In this document: positions 11,247-21,803 of the stretch, one piece after another
Numbering within the stretch: the first letter of the stretch is position 1
Layout: every line of letters begins with the position of its first letter
Assembly (NCBI GenBank): GCA_024626585.2
Contig: JANKJI020000004.1
Coordinates: forward strand, 87,838,938 to 87,868,403
DNA from: Ginkgo biloba
Taxonomy: Eukaryota > Plantae > Ginkgophyta
Reading direction: 5' to 3'
Length of the DNA: 29,466 bases
The notes under the pieces: model-generated
Told to the model about the DNA's origin: nothing
What the model saw: the letters and a program-made list of their open reading frames with translations, nothing else
Database searches by the model: none
Position numbers and translations under genes: made by a program

Positions 11247-13667
11247 ATGGCAGAGGAATGCTGTTCTCTGTCACCCAGAGAATGGGTGAGGGGAAGTGTT
11301 GTTGGAGCTGGTGCATTTGGAACTGTGAGCCTCGCCATGAATAAGGCCAATGGCGAGCTGTTTGCAGTCAAGTCCATTGAGTGCAACGAGGATGCAAGGA
11401 GGGAATTGCAGGCATTGGAGAATGAAGTTCAGATTCTGCAGGCGTTGGATTCTCCTCGAATTGTGACATGTCTTGGTCATGATTTTACAGAGGAGAATGG
11501 TGTACGAATGTGGAATTTGTTCATGGAATACATGGCAGGTGGAAGCGTTGCAGACATTTTGAAGAAGTTTGGTGGAAGATTGGACGAGTCTGTGATTCGT
11601 TCTTATACTCGAGATATTCTTCAGGGAATTGATTATCTCCACAAGGAAGGCATTGTTCATTGTGACATCAAAGGAAAGAATATTCTTCTGGGGTCATCTG
11701 GGGTCAAGCTTGCAGACTTTGGCTCGGCCAAGAGGATGGTGAATAACGAGAGCAAAATGAGAAATGAAAACACAAATCCATTGCAATTGAGGGGTACTCC
11801 TCTTTGGATGGCACCAGAGGTTGCCAGGCAGGAGGAGCAAGGGCCTGAGTCGGATATTTGGTCTCTGGGTTGCACTGTGGTTGAAATGGCCACTGGAAGG
11901 CCTCCATGGAGTAACATCTCTCACCCATTGGTGGCAATGTATAAGATTGGTTGCAGTGATGATTTGCCTGAGATGCCCGAATCCCTTTCTTCTGAAGGTA
12001 TAGATTTTTTACAGAAATGCTTTCAGAGGAACCCTAAACAAAGGTGGACTAGTACCCAGTTGTTGAATCATCCATTTGTCAATGAGTNNNNNNNNNNNNN
12101 NNNNNNNNNCAAAGGATCTTGGTCTCCAACAAGCATATTAGATTTCCATCTTGCGGAACAAAAATGGGACTCAGAAGGATCTTCTGCTTTATCTCAGACT
12201 GTTCCTATTTTGGCTTTGCACATGAATTTATCAAATTCAAAGCAAGCACAAAACTGTGAAGAGGAAAAGAAACCTAATGCGAAAAATTTAAGGCTGCCTC
12301 CAACTCAGCGTATTCTGGACTTTTCAGAAACCCAGATGGACAACAGTGTTTCAGGGTGCATTTCCTCAGCTGAACCCATATCTGAAAGACCCCCTCCAAG
12401 CCCTCTTGGTCAGTGGATTGTTGTGAGGTCTCCAAAGGGCATGCCTCCAATGCTAGATGGTCCTTTTACAGACTTAATTGATGGGTCCTTTGGTCCAAAT
12501 TCTCCTCCTCACTCTCCCTTGCAATGTAGTCCTAAATTGGAAGCTATGGATTGTGGAGAGACCGAGTCGGAGGGAGGATCCTGCACCACCATGGTTGAGC
12601 CTAAAAGTAAGTCATCTGTTGTTAATCAAATTGAAGAATCTAAACATGGGTTTTCTGCGCATCAAACCCAGGAACTTAATCATGGGTTCCCTGGATCTAC
12701 TGATTATGAAGAATTTTGCACCATCCATGGTAATCTGGTTCAAATAGGCATGCCCACCTATGAGCCGATGTGCCCGAGACCATTGCTGAATTATGAATTC
12801 TCCAGCAATTTATTTCTCTACGCAGGACAATGGATCTACCAGTCCTTATATCAATTGAAGGAAGCCTGGCAGGAATTTGTGTTTTGTAAGCCTCTACCTT
12901 TGAGCTCTATGGGCAATGAAAATAAGGGTAGTGGCTCTTTGGCATACATTCTTCAAAGAAATAGAGCCCCTTCTCTCCAGGTTATCTTGCAGAACTGGAC
13001 TGGTAAAAATGACACCGGAAGAGAATGCTTCAAACTAATGCCTAAGGCAGCCAGATCCTGTAACATAGCAACAATGAGAGTGAATTATTGCAGCTCTGAC
13101 GAAGGGTTGGTCTTTGACATTCAGGCAGAAGCATGTTGCTGCCCATGTTGTATAATTTGTACAAGAAACTCTTGCCACATGAGTAGAATGAAATCAATCC
13201 TATACAGCGGTGGTGGAGTTAATGCATCCGATTGTTATTTTAATGAAAGAATAATTCCAGTCCACTTTACTTGGCTAAACCTCTATTTTGCCACTTATGG
13301 TTGGGGGCAGTCTACCTTACTATTTTGTGTGATTACCCCTGACAAAATATTTGTGTTCGTTTCTGCATACCTTAGAACTCACAGACTGGAAACTCCAGGG
13401 GAGAGCAAGAGACAGCAGAATGGGGATGAAGAAAGACAAAGAAGTTTTTTAAAGCCATTTTCTGTGCATTCTCACGGATTCATAACTNNNNNNNNNNNNN
13501 NGCGACTTTCAGCAAGTATCCTCTATTTGCAGCTTTTTGCGTTCCCATTCCTTGTTTCATGTACTTGTGCTCCTTTTTTGAATCCTCTCCTGTCTCTGTT
13601 TTATTTTTTCAGTATCAGAGACAATTTTGTAAGAGGCTTCAATTATTGGTTTTATAGGGATTCTTAG
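11247..13667 (+). CDS. MEKK-like MAP kinase kinase kinase (MAPKKK13-18 group) with long C-terminal extension; alternative in-frame ATG at 11142
   Basis: Complete kinase domain: WVRG..VGAGAFGTV, FAVKS, LENE, MEY..GGS, HCDIKGKN, KLADFGSA, RGTPLWMAPE, QGPESDIWSLGCTVVEMATG, QRW..QLLNHPF, then the clade-typical SPTSILD. ATG 11247 has a good context (GAAATGG) just after an acceptor-like TTCTTCTTGTGGCAG. The ORF crosses two small N gaps (12088-12109, 13488-13501), so the 3' end is less certain than the kinase domain. Confidence 0.93.
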   Translation: MAEECCSLSPREWVRGSVVGAGAFGTVSLAMNKANGELFAVKSIECNEDARRELQALENEVQILQALDSPRIVTCLGHDFTEENGVRMWNLFMEYMAGGSVADILKKFGGRLDESVIRSYTRDILQGIDYLHKEGIVHCDIKGKNILLGSSGVKLADFGSAKRMVNNESKMRNENTNPLQLRGTPLWMAPEVARQEEQGPESDIWSLGCTVVEMATGRPPWSNISHPLVAMYKIGCSDDLPEMPESLSSEGIDFLQKCFQRNPKQRWTSTQLLNHPFVNEXXXXXXXXKGSWSPTSILDFHLAEQKWDSEGSSALSQTVPILALHMNLSNSKQAQNCEEEKKPNAKNLRLPPTQRILDFSETQMDNSVSGCISSAEPISERPPPSPLGQWIVVRSPKGMPPMLDGPFTDLIDGSFGPNSPPHSPLQCSPKLEAMDCGETESEGGSCTTMVEPKSKSSVVNQIEESKHGFSAHQTQELNHGFPGSTDYEEFCTIHGNLVQIGMPTYEPMCPRPLLNYEFSSNLFLYAGQWIYQSLYQLKEAWQEFVFCKPLPLSSMGNENKGSGSLAYILQRNRAPSLQVILQNWTGKNDTGRECFKLMPKAARSCNIATMRVNYCSSDEGLVFDIQAEACCCPCCIICTRNSCHMSRMKSILYSGGGVNASDCYFNERIIPVHFTWLNLYFATYGWGQSTLLFCVITPDKIFVFVSAYLRTHRLETPGESKRQQNGDEERQRSFLKPFSVHSHGFITXXXXXRLSASILYLQLFAFPFLVSCTCAPFLNPLLSLFYFFSIRDNFVRGFNYWFYRDS

Positions 13668-16515
13668 GTCATATAAGGAAGGAGGCACTTTATATGGTAA
13701 ACATTTCTAGGTGGTATATTGAACTTGAGAAAACTGTAAANNNNNNNNNNNNNNNNNNNNNNNNNNNNNNNNNNNNNNNNNNNNNNNNNNNNNNNNNNNN
13801 NNNNNNNNNNNNNNNNNNNNNNNNNNNNNNNNNNNNNNNNNNNNNNNNNNNNNNNNNNNNNNNNNNNNNNNNNNNNNNNNNNNNNNNNNNNNNNNNNNNN
13901 NNNNNNNNNNNNNNNNNNNNNNNNNNNNNNNNNNNNNNNNNNNNNNNNNNNNNNNNNNNNNNNNNNNNNNNNNNNNNNNNNNNNNNNNNNNNNNNNNNNN
14001 NNNNNNNNNNNNNNNNNNNNNNNNNNNNNNNNNNNNNNNNNNNNNNNNNNNNNNNNNNNNNNNNNNNNNNNNNNNNNNNNNNNNNNNNNNNNNNNNNNNN
14101 NNNNNNNNNNNNNNNNNNNNNNNNNNNNNNNNNNNNNNNNNNNNNNNNNNNNNNNNNNNNNNNNNNNNNNNNNNNNNNNNNNNNNNNNNNNNNNNNNNNN
14201 NNNNNNNNNNNNNNNNNNNNNNNNNNNNNNNNNNNNNNNNNNNNNNNAGCTTAGTGTATCTGGGTGAAAAATAGCCACTGGTTTTACACGATTTCCAAGG
14301 TGGGTATTCGGCCAGAAAATTTTCTTGTGCTTCATTTTTTAAACATTGCAAAATATTGATGTGCAATTCCAGCTATGGATCTCATCCTCAGGTTGATCCA
14401 ACGTCTTACTACATTTAGGAATTGTTAACATACAACAATTTGTCAAATGTCACATGGTTTTGCTCAAAAAATGTTAAAATTCCAACCGGGAATATCAATG
14501 TTTACACACCTTCCAATGTTATTTTTCGGATGGCTACATTCCGAATCCCGATGATCTGATTTTGCAATGCGAGGCCATCTGTCGGCCAGAGAGTTTACTT
14601 CTAGACTTCTACGCTAGACTATGTTCTCTGGAATGAGATTGGGACTAAGACACGTGGATAACGCCATAAGGGTGTCATGGTCAGAATGTTAGCATGTCCA
14701 GAGATAAGAAGATGTAGTTCTACTTGAAAAAGAAATGCCTTCTTTCAAATTGACTATAATCCTGCCTTACGCGAACACTGTAACTTCTTATTTATTCCTA
14801 GATATTTATAAAAAGATAATATTTAAAAAATGTATTGAGTATTTTCTTTGAGATCTTAATGTTAAATCTGCACTCTAGTACCAATTGCTGCTGCCATTGT
14901 TGTTAGCTTGTAGGAATTAGTAAATGTAGATATGTAAGTTACTGACAGATTTTTACAATTTTCTAACATCATATGATTGGTTCCCATGGACAAGGGTTTC
15001 TTTCTGTTGATGATTTGGAAGTATGGCCTTTGTTCTTTTGTTCAATATATGTTATTTACAATCTCCTATTAGGGAAATGCCAAGTTTTTCTGAATGTTAC
15101 AGCAAGACTATTAAAAGCAGGAATAATGCCCTCCCTCTGACATTGCAGAATGTGAGGTTAGAAATATTGGACTCCCTTGTCTTGTCTACTGATTACTGTT
15201 TTCTAAATCAGGCATGCTTGTTAAACACTGCCCTTTCCTTTGACATCATCTTTGATCTATTCTGTTTCCAAAATACCAACTAATTTCTGCCGTTTCTTCC
15301 AACACCCAGGGCATGCTGGCATCGCCGATCAAAACTGCATCATCCACAGCAATTTTAACAATGGAGACGCCAATGTTTAAAAGCTGTTAAGTGGGCAATA
15401 AGGTGTGTTAGTGCCATTTATTTTTACTGCATTAATTAATGTTTAAGCAAAATGCAATCGTTAACCTAGAGGTCCCATGGAGGGGGGCTTCCTTTTTTCT
15501 TCTCAGCGTAGACTACTGAGGAAATGTAGGAGCAAATTACTGCTTTAGAGTAACTATGGTCTCATGATATGGCTGGTAGAGTTTTGTAGCTATAAGTAAC
15601 TATAGGAGGACAACAATAAAGTTGCAGCAGCAAATGGGAAATAAAAAGAATATTTCAAAGAAAATTTTCAGTGGAGCAAAAGGTCTTAGACTGTAGGATC
15701 TAAATCCAGCCCCTCCTCTTTAGTAGAATTTTGTTTAATACAATAGGCCCTCCCCAATTTTGGAGGCAGATTCTTCTCTTTTTTTTTAGCCTATCAAGAG
15801 CCTCCTTGTGTTTTCATGGGACCATAATCCCCCAGAAAAATGCAGCCTAGCTCCCCCCACGAGTCTCCCCTTTAACTAGTGATAGAGCATTAACAGTGAA
15901 CACTTTGTCAACTGCATGACAATTCAATTCACTCTAAGCAAGAGCCATGTAGTGGTGAGTTGTTTTCCCTCTTTAACACAATTTAAACACAAAGATTAAG
16001 AAAGAGAATAGTGATATGTTAGGTGATTGGTAATATGCCATTCTGTATGAAAATTTTGAAGGAATGTCAAAGTCGTCAATGTTGGGGTAACAAACTGTTG
16101 TTGTTATAGAGCATTAATAAAACACAATTTGTTTTCATAGGTAATTAATTCTAACCATTTAGAGTTTGAATGAATGTGGATTTCATCTCCATTGACAAAT
16201 GGAAAGAAGCAATATAAGTACTTCCAAATGTACAGGGAAAGTGACAATCCCTGATAAGATCTACAATGGACATCTTATTTGCCCTTTTACCAAATGTAAA
16301 GAAGTAACAAATTCTTCCAAGAACTTGGTAATCCTTTATATAGAAAGCCAAACCAATTCAAGTGTGAAAAATGCAAGGAAAATGACCATAAAATCTTCTC
16401 TCAAGTCTCTATTCAATTAAAAAATTTTACATATTAAAATGTGGGCTATAGATTTACAAATTTTGTCTATAAGTTTGCATAAAGTGGTTGTTTTAAATTG
16501 TGTTTCTAGTGGTTA

Positions 16516-16641
16516 ACACACACACACACACACTATTACATAGATCTATTTGTGACCTCAAGGATCCATCCATGACCTCCACACACACTATTATATAAAA
16601 AAATGTGGATCCATTAATGACCTCAAGGATCCATTCATGAC
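16516..16641 (+). repeat. (CA)n microsatellite and short GGATCCAT..ATGACCTC tandem repeats
   Basis: ACACACACACACACACAC followed by several GATCCAT/TGACCTC units running into a 100-N gap. Confidence 0.7.
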
Positions 16642-18148
16642 NNNNNNNNNNNNNNNNNNNNNNNNNNNNNNNNNNNNNNNNNNNNNNNNNNNNNNNNNNN
16701 NNNNNNNNNNNNNNNNNNNNNNNNNNNNNNNNNNNNNNNNNGATTAAGCATAAAATAGTTTGGCTATTGTAGATTTTTTATTATCATCATATCCCTCAGA
16801 ATATGATATTTCAATAATGCTATTGCCAATAAGGCAGATGAATGTCTATACTTATTAGTCCTTTCCACATTTACTAAGTAAATATCTGACATAATTTTAT
16901 CAGTATAAAATGACACCAAATTGTATGTGACATCATTTTTGAGCGAATCAAACATGATTCACAACCATTTGACTAGAATAACATTTAAATCTCTAACTCT
17001 AATCAATCTGAAAATCCCTATTGTTGCTCCATATGATCCTTTTACTACCAATGCGATATTTATTTTAGTAGTAATATTCTCATTCACCTTTATTAGGGAT
17101 TTCTTCATAATTTCCTATATGTCAGTTTTATGCTTGACATCAATTTAAGATTAATTAGTTTTCCTTCATTTAGAATTATAAATAACTCTTTAATAAGATT
17201 ACCATAAATCTAAGGATATTTATTCCCCAGATTAATATCATCAATGGTCATGGCATGCATAAATTCTTTGACCAATATTATATTATGTACCAATCTTGGT
17301 ATTATTAACACCTTATAGATATGAGATTTATTAGTCCAATTCTTGAAAATCTATTCATTTCCATTCAACTTATGTCCCATTACTATCTTGGTTACCGCTT
17401 TGGTGTATTTTTTCCAATCTGTGAGGATAAAATCATCCACCATAATATTCTTTTAAAGCTCCATTTTAGAATTTATCCTTTAATAAATTACAACCACAAT
17501 TGATTCAAATTCTTCTTCTATACATTGAATGTACACACTAGCTTCAAAATCTAATACAGTCTTATTAATATTGTTCAAATCATTTTGTTGCCTAAGGTCA
17601 CTGAAATCACTTATAACCACTAAGTTTATTCATGGTCTCCTTGCTTAATCATTACTTTGTGATTATTTTGGCATTAATCTATGCTATTTATAAGTTATAA
17701 TTTCATATTAGTTTATTAACTCTTTTACTTACTTTGCACGATGTACCATAAGTACAATTTTTGTGAACTACATGCTTAATCATGTGAATTTATTTTATAT
17801 TGAAACTTTTCATCTTCTTATATTTTTTGTATTTTGGTGACACTTAAGTCATATGTTGCGATGAGTGCAACAACTTATATTGGTGCATGTTTATACCAAG
17901 TGTTTGAAAAAAACTTGTTATACTATATGACTTGAATAACTTTGTAATGCTTAATTGTAACAACTTACAAGATCACTATATTTTATTGAATTTCATAAAA
18001 CTTTGATATTTTTTGTGACTTGTACTTCTTCATGACAAGACTCAACCAAATCTCACAAATTAATTCTTCATTTTTTGACTTACATTCTTTTATGACTTGA
18101 ATAAGTATGCAACATCCTCAATAATATCATCCTATACGAAAAAATGAG

Positions 18149-18610
18149 ATGCCAAAAATTGATGCAACTCCTGAAGGATTACAAGCAAAATAATTTAAGA
18201 AAAAAATTAAACTATATTTTTTCATGCATCTAATAGAGCACAAAGAGGATAATATAATATTGGCAATATTACATTTATAAGGGAAGGCATATGACTAGTG
18301 GACCATGTGGTCTTATGAAGAAGAAGAATCATTAAATGCCCCTACATGGGAAACATTTATTGTATTATTCCTAAAAAAAAAGTTGGGAAACATATGATAA
18401 TAATTACTTCACCTAGTAATGTAAACTTTAATAAACTAGGAACACCATAGTTTTTTATGATATTTTTACATAACTAGCATATAAATTACCAAATATATTG
18501 CATGACCATTAGATTAAAGTATTCATTATTGATTTATAAATAAATATTAAGTATGACATTATTACTCATTGACTACTAATCTAACTGCTATTATGGAAAT
18601 ATCTAAGTCA
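18149..18610 (+). mobile_element. Degenerate Ty3/gypsy gag (retrotrans_gag-like) remnant
   Basis: Translation with stops: MPKIDA...KIKLYFFMH..EHKEDNIILAILHL*GKAYD*W..W...PTWETF...FYDIFT*LAYKL...IKVFIIDL. This matches the gypsy Gag pattern 'PKFDG...YF...A.LHLEGKA.DWW...TWE.F...FI.GL'. Confidence 0.7.
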
Positions 18611-19518
18611 TTTAAATAAAAAATTGAGCTTAATCTAGAGCAAGTATAATGGCTTCCATATCAACTGTATTTTTTATGAAGGAGTTAAATGGGTCATTCA
18701 CATTATAGCCATACAATTGGCTTGCTGGGATGGCAATATGTATTTGAGCTTGTACTGGGCTACTGTAATTGTAAAAGTGACAATAGGCCATCTCTATGCT
18801 TGCCCCCCCTAGTTAGCTGACAAACTTTAAGAACACTACCATGGCTCTCAAATATCAGGTCGCTCATTTCTAATGCCTTATTTGATTGTTACTATTTGCG
18901 TGAAAGCTTTAGGACCTCCTAAATGGATCAACCTAACATCTCGACCTTGGTTGAATTTATGCATGCGTATCAAGATAAGAAAAGGTCAAGGGAAAGATAA
19001 AATTATTATGGCCTATTTGAAAAATTTCTACACAACTCTACGATGGTTGAATGATGGACTAGAGAGAAATAAAAAGATTCATGAATGCATTCAAAGGCAA
19101 TGGAGAGAACCCTAATGGTTAAAATATAATAAGATGACGTATGTCTCTCTAGTAGAAGTACTAGATGAAAAAAAATATGTTCCATCCTACATATCATCTA
19201 GGGACTTAAAGAAAAATATTGGACTAACTCCAACCCTTGCCCATAAAGAATTTAGGTCATTGATCACCCATTAATTTATTTGATGGATCAATATAATTAT
19301 TGGAAAAATAATAGATCACATTTTTCATAAGAGACCTATAGCCTCGAATGGTCACCCCCAAACTTTCTAGTGATTGTATTCCTAGAAGTACAATAGAAAT
19401 CAACTGCTACTAGGAAGGNNNNNNNNNNNNNNNNNNNNNNNNNNNNNNNNNNNNNNNNNNNNNNNNNNNNNNNNNNNNNNNNNNNNNNNNNNNNNNNNNN
19501 NNNNNNNNNNNNNNNNNN

Positions 19519-20560
19519 TTGAATAGTCTCTAACCATAGTTTGTGGGAAAGAATTTTCCTTTGATCTTCTCAACCATATTTGGCCATGTCCTAATCTTAT
19601 CCTTTCCTTTTTTAATTCTCTCCATTTATAATTTATTCCACCATATGGCCGCATGTCCCTTTAGTTTGTTGCATGCAAATTGTCCTCTCCTGGGATCTTC
19701 TATTTCCTCACAGTTGAAGTATTTATCTATTACTTTGATCCAATCTAACAGATATTTAGGAATTATAATTCCTATTAAACTTGGAACCTCCACTCTTTAT
19801 CCACCTTTATTATTCTTAAATTATCTACATAATGGGTCTTTTGTATTCAGTTCAGTCAGTTCTAGTTTTTCACATTCTAGTTTTGATCCTTTATTGATTT
19901 TAGGCCTTTATTTACACAACTCATTCTCGAGATCCTTGACCTTTATCATCAAATTTTTAACTACCTGAATAATTTTCCTATCTATTTTAGGTTCCATTTG
20001 AGTACTTTCTCTTAGCTATTGTAATAATTCCTTTAACTCTTGATGTTCATACACTGATACCTAATGATGGTATTTAACCTTTATCTAACAAGTTTTCTAC
20101 GCTCTAATATCAACTGATGGCGGATGGATGATAAAGTCCTCATAAAATGTTAGTTATGGGATAAATAACATACACCTATGCATAAATACACCAATACCAT
20201 CATCAATCACCTCTAGGACCTCAGTAACCAAACCCTCATTGAAGAATGCTAGTGAGATATGCGAATTACACTTAGTCTTATTTGGGCATCAGGAAATGAT
20301 CATACCCGAATGATGCTAAATATTACAATAATATTTAGGGTGTAAAAGGAAATGGAATATATTCTAATTAATAACTACACAGGGTATTAGACATCCACAT
20401 ATAAAAATCTCACAAAGATAATCACTTTTCAACTAGAGAAACCCTCGCAGGGAATAAAACTCTAGGATAACATTACTTTATATTCTAAAAAATATTACAA
20501 ACAACCTCCAGGGATCATCCTCACCAATGAAGGAAATTATAATAAGTTTCAACCTATTAA
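19519..20560 (-). mobile_element. Ty3/gypsy (CRM/chromovirus-like) 5' part: LTR, PBS and degenerate gag
   Basis: Minus-strand peptide (19519-~19800): VEVPSLIG...LLDWIKVIDKYFNCEEIEDPRRGQFACNKLKGHAAIWWNKL*MERIKKGKDKIRTWPNMVEKIKGKFFPTNY. LTR end ...CCATCA at 20115, then PBS TGATATTAGAGC (20112-20101; 2 transitions from TGGTATCAGAGC). The far LTR boundary is approximate. Confidence 0.8.
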
Positions 20561-20999
20561 TAAAGACACTAAATTAGATCTTAGGGCCTTGAGTTTCCTT
20601 TGTTGGTGATCGACTCAACCTATGCGCAACTAAATTTCACTTAGCAAAATCCTTAATCCTCTTCCAACTACCTTAATCTCAATAATCTATTAGGTATCCT
20701 CCTCCGGGATTCCTCTTTGGGTATCTTCACACTTGGAACTTCAACACATTAGTGAATCTTCTCCTTCTTTATCTCACATTCTCCCTTGCAATTATTCTTC
20801 TCTAACAACCCCTCTCCTNNNNNNNNNNNNNNNNNNNNNNNNNNNNNNNNNNNNNNNNNNNNNNNNNNNNNNNNNNNNNNNNNNNNNNNNNNNNNNNNNN
20901 NNNNNNNNNNNNNNNNNNCATTTAATATTTAATCTACTAGGCAGATGAAGAAGAAAAAGGAGAAGAGGATTAATCTCTGAGGAGCCATTACAGGGCATT

Positions 21000-21803
21000 A
21001 CTAGAAAATGGACATTACAAGCATTAAACTCTCACCTCATCTAGCCATTGAATCCAAAGGGGACATTGAGCCCTAGTTGTTGGTGAAAATTAAAGCTCAG
21101 TTATAAAAGATAGAGTGTAGAGGAGAAAAAGGTTGGTTAGTTGAATGGTTGGATAGTTAAAATTGGTGTGTCTTACAGAAGAAAGAGTTGGAGAATTGGG
21201 TGCCTAGCTATGTTGAAGAGTTTGAAGTGTTGGAACCATATAGAGGGTTGTTGTGAGTAATTCAATTGGTGAAATCAGAGTGAGAGAGAGAGAATTAAAC
21301 CCTTTCTTAAATTTGAAGTGTGAAAGTGGGTGTTGAAGCATAAAACACAGTCAAGTAAATCCAATTTGGAAAGAGTGGGTGTGTTTGCATACCTATAGGG
21401 AACGAGGGAGTGAGTTGAGGAGTGCTATAACAATCAACGAGATTAATTGATAAAGAATATTTGCTAAGAGAGACAACTTGTGGTTTGGGGGTGATGGATT
21501 GATATGGTATTTGGTCATATGATTGAATGTATTGACCTAAAAAAGTGGGGAATGGATGTAGAGGCTTTGTATCTTGATGTAATATTTTGATTTCAACACA
21601 CCTAGAGTTTTATTCCTCACAGGGGTTTCTCCAGTTAAAAATATTGTGTCACTACTTCTGTGTGTTTTTGTGTATCTTTTGGTGATGTTGTTATGTCATA
21701 GAGTGTATTGATGTGTAATTGGATAGTGGGGTGATGAAATATTGTGAGGTGTGTCAGTGAGAATCACTAACGAGATCATATAACCTTACTTTTTATTTCA
21801 ACA
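21000..21803 (+). mobile_element. LTR-like fragment of a family related to the one at 20115-20560
   Basis: 21601-21641 CCTAGAGTTTTATTCCTCACAGGGGTTTCTCCAGTTAAAAA closely matches the reverse complement of 20426-20466. TATAAAAG at 21102, GA/GT-rich body, ends ...TTCAACA. Boundaries are approximate. Confidence 0.5.

Noticed and set aside
11658-11684. HCD instead of HRD in the catalytic loop as a sign of a pseudokinase
   Set aside because: HCD(I/V)K is normal for this MAP3K group. The catalytic Lys, Asp, Asn and DFG are all present.
11114-12747. Antisense and alternate-frame ORFs within the MAP3K
   Set aside because: Shadows of the kinase coding sequence.
15470-15862. Possible MITE with GGTCCCATG/CATGGGACC and G-/C-rich inverted ends
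   Set aside because: Arms are short, imperfect and not properly nested, and no target-site duplication was seen.
19543-19968. 141-aa hydrophobic plus-strand ORF
   Set aside because: Antisense shadow of the minus-strand gag remnant.
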